Under the pieces are notes generated by a model, which ran no database searches, was not told the origin of the DNA, and saw only the letters and a list, made by a program, of their open reading frames with translations. A program made the translations under genes and the position numbers. Of a stretch of DNA of 33,876 nucleotides, positions 27,441 to 33,876 are shown one piece after another. Each line of letters opens with the position of its first letter. Position 1 is the stretch's first letter. Source of the DNA: Candidatus Parcubacteria bacterium (GTDB lineage: Bacteria; Patescibacteriota; Minisyncoccia; Phycocordibacterales; CALRHW01); NCBI GenBank assembly GCA_009691505.1, contig SICJ01000003.1:1-33876 (forward strand), written 5' to 3'.

Positions 27441-29111
27441 TTATCGTTCTGCGGTTTTTCCGTCTTGCACGCTTTGTGCGACTAAGTTTGTAAAAAATTT
27501 CCATATTATATACATTGCTTCAGTATCAAGTTTACAATATTCAAGCATTTCTTGCTTCTTTTTTTCCACCGCCGAGCCGACGATTTCGCCTTTCAAAATC
27601 TTCCGATAGGCCTCTATCGCGTCCGTGCCAGATTTTACGGCGAGCACATTATAATCCAAAACATTTTTTGGAAGTGCGAGCAAATCTTTTATCACAGGCA
27701 AAACTTTTTTTATAGACGAGCTTCCTTTAAATCCGTGATGCACATAATGCTGATTGTCTACAATGTCCATCAAATCATAAGTGCGATTGATAACACTATG
27801 TAAAAATTCAAAACGCAGAGGCACAAGCTCGGCGAGCTCGCGGTTACGCGAATTCTCAAATTTTTTATACCAAGAAATAACACTCCCTGTCTCTCCGATA
27901 TTCGTGCACAGACTTTCTACAAGTCGCTCCGCCGGATCTCCATCAAGAATCAAACTTTCAAAATGCTTCGGCGGAAGTCCTGCCTTAAAATCTTCGGCGT
28001 TTAAAACGTGAAGGGAATATTGAAAAACGATGTGTTGATAAGGGTGGTATCCGTCAAAAAAAGGAATAGCATGCGGATAAGTTTCATAGTCCAAAAAATA
28101 AAGCGGAAATTGAAGAGAGCTCAGCTCAGCTTTGATTGCATAGATATCCCTAATCGGTTTTTTAGATTTGTGGACAGCAACCTGATTTTGCTTTCTAGGT
28201 TTGCTCGGTTTTTGTCCCTCTTTCGCTTCTTTTATTTTTGGCAACTGATCTTCACGCACTTTTTCAATATGTAAAATTCCTTCGTCCAACAACTCTTTCA
28301 ACAATTTTTTACTATTCCCAATTCTGTTGATGTCGTGAACGCTGTATTCTGGCACATCTTTGTTGATGTACGAAAAAGCTGTGCAATGTGAGCTTCTTCC
28401 TCGGTAGTAGCAAGGACACGGGCGAGTTGGCATTTCTGCAGGCGACAAAAGATGGTGGGCTTCCTCCATTTCAATTAAAACTCTGGGCATCAAATCATCT
28501 ATCGCTACTGTCTTGTCTTCGGTTATAAAAAGTTGATTTTCTGAAAAATCTAAATCGCCCGCTTTTTTATATTTTTTATTTAAACGAATTAAATATTTTT
28601 TATTTATCTTCACACCACAGTTTTCAAAAACATTTGCTTGAAAAGCTAGGTCGTATTCAAATTGTAATTCTCTGCCAGATGATTTTTTTGGCGCAGGCTT
28701 TTCGTTTTTTCCTTCTTCATCATCAGCCACTTCACTTTCCTCGTCCGCAGTCGTAGAAGACATTTTTATTTCGCACATATCATAAGCGTCTGCACTAGCA
28801 TTCCATACCAAAATATCTGTCGCCGCCAAATATTTTTCTGTCGCAAAAACCGCTTGAAAAATAACTGACGCTTTTTGTTCCACAAGGGTTTTTGTAAGTT
28901 CTTGCGCACCGTCACTTCTTTTTTCTACAAGATAACCGTCTGGGAACATTCCGCGAGCTATTTCTTCCACTTCATTTCCCATTACGGTAAGCGATTTTTC
29001 AAAATCAGAAACTTCAAATTTTGAATACTGCGACGGCTCGTGTATTTTTACCCATACATTTTGTGGGCAGTTACGATACAATATAAAATCAGTTTTTGTG
29101 AGAGGTTTCAT
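27441..29111 (-). CDS. DUF2779-type protein (N-terminal PD-(D/E)xK-like domain plus C-terminal RNase H/exonuclease-like domain)
   Basis: LTKTDFILYRNCP, TDIL..EIKMS, DLAFQ, FPLYFLDYET, FQYSLH, GSSSIKKVLP, LEYCKLDT. Confidence 0.82.
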   Translation of the reverse strand: MKPLTKTDFILYRNCPQNVWVKIHEPSQYSKFEVSDFEKSLTVMGNEVEEIARGMFPDGYLVEKRSDGAQELTKTLVEQKASVIFQAVFATEKYLAATDILVWNASADAYDMCEIKMSSTTADEESEVADDEEGKNEKPAPKKSSGRELQFEYDLAFQANVFENCGVKINKKYLIRLNKKYKKAGDLDFSENQLFITEDKTVAIDDLMPRVLIEMEEAHHLLSPAEMPTRPCPCYYRGRSSHCTAFSYINKDVPEYSVHDINRIGNSKKLLKELLDEGILHIEKVREDQLPKIKEAKEGQKPSKPRKQNQVAVHKSKKPIRDIYAIKAELSSLQFPLYFLDYETYPHAIPFFDGYHPYQHIVFQYSLHVLNAEDFKAGLPPKHFESLILDGDPAERLVESLCTNIGETGSVISWYKKFENSRNRELAELVPLRFEFLHSVINRTYDLMDIVDNQHYVHHGFKGSSSIKKVLPVIKDLLALPKNVLDYNVLAVKSGTDAIEAYRKILKGEIVGSAVEKKKQEMLEYCKLDTEAMYIIWKFFTNLVAQSVQDGKTAER

Positions 29112-29140
29112 ATCCTCTTATTTTGTTTTAATATTTAGAG

Positions 29141-29185
29141 AAAGTAAAGCACCGGATTGTTTGAAACAACCGATGCTTCATACTT
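29141..29185 (-). terminator. Probable intrinsic terminator
   Basis: Minus strand AAGCATCGGTTGTT-TCA-AACAATCCGGTGCTT followed by TACTTT, downstream of the 29235-29489 gene. Confidence 0.6.
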
Positions 29186-29234
29186 GGCGAGAAACATACG
29201 CCCATTTATAGAATCTTTTCATGTAGGGCACCCT

Positions 29235-29489
29235 TTATTGTCTCTCGAGCTTGAAATTTGCAAGCGCTTCGTCAGAAAGCTTGCGATTAATTTCATCACT
29301 AATTGCATAAGCAATGCGATGAACTTCAATCTTGGCTTTTATAACTGTGCGCTTTTCCAACAACTCCGGAGTCCAATCTTTTAGACCTCCGTAATTCTCA
29401 ATTGACCGCCTTGCTTCTTCACAAAGATTTACCAGCTCTAGATTCAGCTGGTACAATCTAGCAAGATGATCTTCACTAGATTTACTCAT
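29235..29489 (-). CDS. Small helical hypothetical protein
   Basis: 84-aa ORF with a near-perfect SD (AAAGGAGGTG, 29494-29503) and a downstream hairpin. Confidence 0.7.
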   Translation of the reverse strand: MSKSSEDHLARLYQLNLELVNLCEEARRSIENYGGLKDWTPELLEKRTVIKAKIEVHRIAYAISDEINRKLSDEALANFKLERQ

Positions 29490-29586
29490 TTTTCACCTCC
29501 TTTCTGTGGTAAAAATGGTGCGATTTAAAACATGAACACCATGTCTTTTCTGCCCCTTATAATAACATCTTTAAAATGAAGGGCAA

Positions 29587-29811
29587 CTAGAAAGCTCTTT
29601 TGATTTCGTCTTGATATTTTCGCATTACTTCCATACTAGCTGACGTTTGACTCTTGCCATGTTTCATTAGTTGTTGCACTTCTGCGCCGATTTTTTGAAA
29701 TAAGTCTGGATTTTTTTCAATAATCTCAATCATTCTGTCTTGTTGAGCTTCAGGTACATCTTTCATTTTTGCCCGAAGCATCTTTTTCATGAAATAACTT
29801 TTTATAGACAT
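29587..29811 (-). CDS. Small hypothetical protein
   Basis: 74-aa helical ORF (IIEKNPDLFQKIGAEVQQ) tightly coupled downstream of the ROK gene. Confidence 0.75.
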   Translation of the reverse strand: MSIKSYFMKKMLRAKMKDVPEAQQDRMIEIIEKNPDLFQKIGAEVQQLMKHGKSQTSASMEVMRKYQDEIKRAF

Positions 29812-29820
29812 GGTAATATT

Positions 29821-30642
29821 TTACTCTTTACTTTTTATAAATTCAAGTGCACCCCACACACCGCCAAGTGCTCCGAGCTCTGCTTTTTTAATAATCGGCA
29901 CTTTTGGAAAAATTTTCAAAATGTTTTTCAGATGAAACTCTACTCTGTCCACGGGTATCGCTGGATTTCCTACTATCATTGAACCCCCAAGCACAAGAAC
30001 GTCTGGCGACCAAAGTACTATTGTGTTGTGTAAACCATAAGCGAGTTTGAGCGAGAGTTCTTCCCACACTTTTGGATCGGTAATTTCTTTTGCTTTTTTA
30101 CCAAAACGTTTTTCAAGTGCAGTTCCAGAAACTGTTTGTTCTAAAGTAACATTTTCTCCACTTTCAAAAGAGAAAATTTCTTGTCCTGGTTCAAAACCCA
30201 CAGACTTTTCATCTAGCGCACCATCTACCACCCTCGCACCGCCTACGCCGGTGCTCACCGTAATATATTCCATAATAGAAAAACCTTTTCCTGCCCCGTA
30301 GTGCGCCTCACCGAGCGCCACAAGCGCAGCGTCATTTTCAAGAAAAACGGGGACGCCAAGCATTTTTTCTAAACGATCTTGAATTGGCTTGTGACACCAG
30401 TGTATTAAGTTTGGCGAAGATATTACCCGAGTTTGCTTTTCATCAAAAACCCCAGGCACGCCTCCGCCAGCACATTTTATATTTCCGACTGCGCCTAGAC
30501 GAGTCGCCACGGCAAAAATCGCATTTATCCCTTCCTCAAAATGTTGCGGTGTTGCAAAAACCACAGGCTCACTGATATTTTTTCCATCTTTACAAAAAGC
30601 GACTCGCGTATTTGTTCCTCCAATATCAAACAGTAAGTACAT
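29821..30642 (-). CDS. ROK-family sugar kinase (glucokinase-like)
   Basis: FDIGGTNTR, VFLENDA..ALGE, TVSTGVGG, VLVLGGS. The CxCG zinc motif is absent. Confidence 0.9.
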   Translation of the reverse strand: MYLLFDIGGTNTRVAFCKDGKNISEPVVFATPQHFEEGINAIFAVATRLGAVGNIKCAGGGVPGVFDEKQTRVISSPNLIHWCHKPIQDRLEKMLGVPVFLENDAALVALGEAHYGAGKGFSIMEYITVSTGVGGARVVDGALDEKSVGFEPGQEIFSFESGENVTLEQTVSGTALEKRFGKKAKEITDPKVWEELSLKLAYGLHNTIVLWSPDVLVLGGSMIVGNPAIPVDRVEFHLKNILKIFPKVPIIKKAELGALGGVWGALEFIKSKE

Positions 30643-30660
30643 TTTATGAAATTATTTTTA

Positions 30661-31623
30661 TTAAATGAGTTTTTTAAACTCTTCTATCATCGGCACTTTT
30701 TCTGCTTCTGTACCATACATTTGAGAAACATAAAATGCTGTCCAATCAGCCAAAAGCAAGTTGTTGAAAACATTTTCCCAAAAAGACACGCCTTTTATTT
30801 CTATTACAGTAACAGGAAATCCTCGCACCGAAAGCATTTCTTTTGTAATTTCCATCCGTTTTGTGATTTTTGGGTTGCTGGTTTCGTCTTTTAGGAAAAT
30901 AAAATGAAAATTGTTGCTTAGATTTTTTGTAGTTGGTATCACATCAAAACCAGTCATTTCGTTGTGATTTAGCTCTGGAAAAATATTATAAAAAGCAGGA
31001 ATCTTTCCTGTCTCATTAAATTTTATTTTCCAATTATATGCGAGCGTGACATTTGAACGTGAAGAATAAATGATAGGTGTCTTATCACGCAATTTTTCTG
31101 CTAAAGATTTTCCCGCTTCTTCTGTTTTAGAAGGATTAATATTAAAACCAAGCGCGTGCAAATCTGTGAGGAGTTTTTCATTATTTGTAATTTTTGCAAG
31201 CGCGACGAGAGAAAAACCCAAAGCGCTTCTCGGTTGTATTCCTACTTCTGGTAATTGTACGTAAGGGAGATTATTTTCTATGGCAAAATCTATAAGTGAA
31301 CCACCGAGTGCGATAACCGCAACTGCATATTTTTGTTCCAGTGCTTTTTGCGCAAAATCAATAACTTCTTCTGTGTTACCAGAATATGAACTTGCGATAA
31401 AAAGGCTTTTAGAAAACTTTTTATGAGAAAGAGCAGGTAAGCCATAATCACGATGAATGTATAGGTCTAAATCTGGATTATACATTTTAAGGAGCTCGGC
31501 TGCTAGATGCGATCCACCCATTCCACCAAAAACAAAACCTTCTCCAGATTTTAAATACTCAGAGTTTTTTATTTCTGGATTAAAATTAAACTGTGTGGCA
31601 AATGTTCTTATCGCTTCTTCCAT
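30661..31623 (-). CDS. Bifunctional phosphoglucose/phosphomannose isomerase (SIS domain)
   Basis: GMGGS, SSYSGNTEE, QPRSALG, WKIKFNETGK, FPELNHNE. Start at MEEAIR (31623). Confidence 0.92.
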   Translation of the reverse strand: MEEAIRTFATQFNFNPEIKNSEYLKSGEGFVFGGMGGSHLAAELLKMYNPDLDLYIHRDYGLPALSHKKFSKSLFIASSYSGNTEEVIDFAQKALEQKYAVAVIALGGSLIDFAIENNLPYVQLPEVGIQPRSALGFSLVALAKITNNEKLLTDLHALGFNINPSKTEEAGKSLAEKLRDKTPIIYSSRSNVTLAYNWKIKFNETGKIPAFYNIFPELNHNEMTGFDVIPTTKNLSNNFHFIFLKDETSNPKITKRMEITKEMLSVRGFPVTVIEIKGVSFWENVFNNLLLADWTAFYVSQMYGTEAEKVPMIEEFKKLI

Positions 31624-31642
31624 GGTTTTATTATAACAAATT

Positions 31643-32881
31643 TTAATGTTTGATTTTGTCGGCTTCTTCAATACGCTCGGACGCCAAAATATATGCTGCG
31701 TTTCGTAGCGTAGTTTTATATTTTTCTTTTATAACTACAATGTTATTCCATGCTGATACCATTAGATCGTCCAATTTTTTTAATACATCTTCTCTTTGCC
31801 ATTTTTCTGAGTTCATATTTTGATACCATTCAAAATAACTAGTCGCGACTCCGCCACTATTTGCAAGGATATCTGGAATAACGATGACTCCATTTTTTGC
31901 AAAAATTTCATCGGACTCAGGAGTCGTCGGACCGTTTGCCATTTCTACGATAATTTTTGCAGATATTTGTTCCGCATTTTCTGATGTCAGTACATTTTCA
32001 AGTGCGGACGGCACCAAAATATCCACCGAGAGTAAAAGCAACTCCGCATTTGTGATATTTTTTGTACCAGCCAAACCAGACAGAGTCCCGGTATTTTTTT
32101 TGTGAGCGAGCGCAAGAGCTAGGTCAATTCCATTTTCATTATAAACTCCACCTTTGCTATCAGAAAGAGCTACGACTTTTAAACCTTGCTTTATCACACT
32201 CTCTGCAAAATATGTAGCGACATTTCCGAAACCTTGAATAGCGACTGTCGCACCGACAGATATCAATCCTGTGTTTATTATTTCTCTCACCACCACTCCT
32301 CCGCCAAAACCCGTAGCTTCCATTCTACCTTCACTTCCGCCATTTGCAATGGCTTTTCCTGTAAATGTTGCAGGCGCCTTTTTGCCTGTGATTTTTTCAT
32401 ACTCATCTAGCATATAGCCCATTATTTTTTCGCCAGTGTTTACGTCTGGTGCAGGCACATCCATTTCAGGTCCAAGCACAGGATACATTTTTTTTATATA
32501 CCCGCGTGAAATATTTTCAATTTCTTTTTCAGACAAAATTTTAGGGTCCACAATCACGCCTCCTTTTCCTCCTCCGAAAGGCACGTTTACTACCGCACAT
32601 TTGAAAGTCATCCAAAAACTAAGTGCGCGCACTTCATCTAAATTTACGTCGTGATGAAAACGTATTCCTCCTTTATATGGTCCGCATGAATTATTGTGTT
32701 GACTTCTAAAACCTTGAAAAATATGTTGACTTCCGTTATCCATCGTTACAGGAATACTCACTTCTATGTATCTATCGGGAGTTTTCATTCTATCTAAAAA
32801 ATTTTGATCAAGCTCCGCTATCTTTCCTGCTTTTTCCAATTGGTCTATCGCATTTTTAAATGGGTTTGTTTGATTTTTCAT
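31643..32881 (-). CDS. gdhA: Glu/Leu/Phe/Val dehydrogenase (probable glutamate dehydrogenase)
   Basis: GPYKGGIRF, MTFKCA, PFGGGKGG, DVPAPDVNT, QGFGNV, EMANGPTT, PDILANSGGV. Confidence 0.92.
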   Translation of the reverse strand: MKNQTNPFKNAIDQLEKAGKIAELDQNFLDRMKTPDRYIEVSIPVTMDNGSQHIFQGFRSQHNNSCGPYKGGIRFHHDVNLDEVRALSFWMTFKCAVVNVPFGGGKGGVIVDPKILSEKEIENISRGYIKKMYPVLGPEMDVPAPDVNTGEKIMGYMLDEYEKITGKKAPATFTGKAIANGGSEGRMEATGFGGGVVVREIINTGLISVGATVAIQGFGNVATYFAESVIKQGLKVVALSDSKGGVYNENGIDLALALAHKKNTGTLSGLAGTKNITNAELLLLSVDILVPSALENVLTSENAEQISAKIIVEMANGPTTPESDEIFAKNGVIVIPDILANSGGVATSYFEWYQNMNSEKWQREDVLKKLDDLMVSAWNNIVVIKEKYKTTLRNAAYILASERIEEADKIKH

Positions 32882-32898
32882 TTGATAATTATATGTTA

Positions 32899-32928
32899 AA
32901 GGCGGGGGTCTTGGAAGACCCCCGCCTT
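32899..32928. terminator. Strong GC hairpin, probable terminator of the upstream small gene
   Basis: AAGGCGGGGGTCTT-GG-AAGACCCCCGCCTT perfect inverted repeat. Confidence 0.75.
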
Positions 32929-32960
32929 AATTCTTGTGTCCGAGTTAAACTCGGAAACTG

Positions 32961-33089
32961 CTAAAAATTCTCCTCATTTTGCCAATTTTGCCAATTTTGC
33001 CAATTTTTGTTGCGTTGGTTGAGAGCCTTTCGTTGCCCCCATCCCCAGTGAGAATTGCGTTTGTACCCTGGTTTTTTTACTCTTACCAT
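32961..33089 (-). CDS. Unannotated 42-aa basic Trp/Asn-rich peptide
   Basis: GGAGG at 33100-33104, ATG at 33089. Reads MVRVKKPGYKRNSHWGWGQRKALNQRNKNWQNWQNWQNEENF*. Two hairpins follow the stop. Confidence 0.55.
   Translation of the reverse strand: MVRVKKPGYKRNSHWGWGQRKALNQRNKNWQNWQNWQNEENF
32976..33007. repeat. 9-bp tandem repeat (attttgcca x3.5)
   Basis: Read directly; encodes NWQ repeats in frame on the minus strand. Confidence 0.9.
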
Positions 33090-33238
33090 TTTGGAATATC
33101 CTCCAACAATTGTGCGAGGAACGCCTAGAATAGGTACACCCTATTCAGAAAACAGCTCCATTCATAATCCTACACCTAACATTATAAAAATCAACACGTT
33201 ATCAACGCAACTGTGGATTACTTGAAGCGCATCATTTG

Positions 33239-33876
33239 TTATCTTTTTTCAAGTTTTATGTCCGCGGGAGCTTGTCTTTTTGGAGTTATTTTTTGATTTG
33301 TGATTGGCGTTGTGGTAGAAATTATTTTTTCAGCTTCAACTGCAGTAGATAATCCATTTTTGTAAAACATAAATGCTGTTCCATATTCTTCTATTATAAA
33401 CTGCGTATCTCCAGAATCAACAAATTTTGTCGCTTTATCAATAGTGTCTGAAGCGATAGCAATAGAAGTCGCGGAAACTTCTACATTTTTATCAATGCTC
33501 TGTTTTACTTTGTCAATTTTTGTAGTCGCATCTTTTCTTTTATCCTGTGCTGTTGCTTTTTTTATTTCATCATCGTCAAGTGTAGGAATTTTTGCTTCTA
33601 CTTCTTCACGAGCTTGCGTTGTCGTGGTTATGCTTGCTTCAACAGAATCGAGGAGATTACTCAGCTCTGTTTGACTGTCCGCCATCTTTTCGTTTGCTAT
33701 TTTTTCATCTGTAGCTGAAATTGTTTCTTCTGCCGTCACGGTTTCGCTCGTAGTGACATCTATTTTTGTGAGATCGTCTGATACAGAAATAACCGCCACA
33801 CCTTTTTCCTCTATATCACTTTCAATAGATGTAACTGTGGGTGCAACTGTGGGTGCAACTGTGGGTGCAACTGTGG
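33239..33876 (-). CDS. Partial (5'-truncated) Thr/Glu-rich coiled-coil protein, possibly surface-exposed
   Basis: The frame stays open to the window edge (TVAPTVAPTVAPTVTSIESDIEEKGVAVIS...), so the true start lies outside the window. Confidence 0.75.
   Translation of the reverse strand, partial: TVAPTVAPTVAPTVTSIESDIEEKGVAVISVSDDLTKIDVTTSETVTAEETISATDEKIANEKMADSQTELSNLLDSVEASITTTTQAREEVEAKIPTLDDDEIKKATAQDKRKDATTKIDKVKQSIDKNVEVSATSIAIASDTIDKATKFVDSGDTQFIIEEYGTAFMFYKNGLSTAVEAEKIISTTTPITNQKITPKRQAPADIKLEKR
33833..33876. repeat. 12-bp coding tandem repeat (aactgtgggtgc x3.7, PTVA repeats) running off the window end
   Basis: Read directly. Confidence 0.9.

Noticed and set aside
32976-33007. Short tandem repeats as a possible CRISPR array linked to the Cas4-like nucleases
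   Set aside because: The units are contiguous 9-bp (and 12-bp at 33833) repeats with no spacers, and there is no cas1 or cas2 in the window.
17-33674. Numerous plus-strand ORFs in the supplied track
   Set aside because: They are antisense shadows of well-supported minus-strand genes and have no recognisable motifs.

Overview
All real genes in this 33.9 kb window lie on the minus strand. Gene content and the streamlined proteins fit a Patescibacteria/CPR (Parcubacteria-like) chromosome; this assignment is an inference. The core region holds the translation and chaperone block infA-rpmJ-rpsM-rpsK-rpsD-rpoA-rplQ-rplM-rpsI-grpE-dnaK-dnaJ-trpS-aspS. It also carries alaS, leuS, mltG, ychF, a ROK kinase, PGI/PMI, a Glu/Leu/Phe/Val dehydrogenase and several hypothetical genes. 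The main finding is a ~2.6 kb island integrated into the first codons of ychF. The displaced original start (MSLSIGIVG) is still visible at 26529-26555, and the island supplies a replacement start. The island carries a remnant of a large serine recombinase, a DUF6624-like gene and a compact graspetide-type RiPP cassette. That cassette is an MvdC/MvdD-like ATP-grasp ligase followed by an unannotated precursor gene. The precursor's Thr/Ser/Asp-rich core (TDTLDQGSSDSDTI) is out of frame by a 4-bp GATC duplication. Other notable items: LeuRS lacking the whole CP1 editing domain, AspRS lacking GAD, AlaRS lacking C-Ala, a 117-nt hairpin element after a sigma-4/HTH gene, an unannotated 42-aa NWQ-repeat peptide gene, two tandem Cas4-like nucleases, and -10 boxes 6-10 nt from start codons that suggest near-leaderless expression. 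Family assignments come from motif recognition by eye, not database searches.
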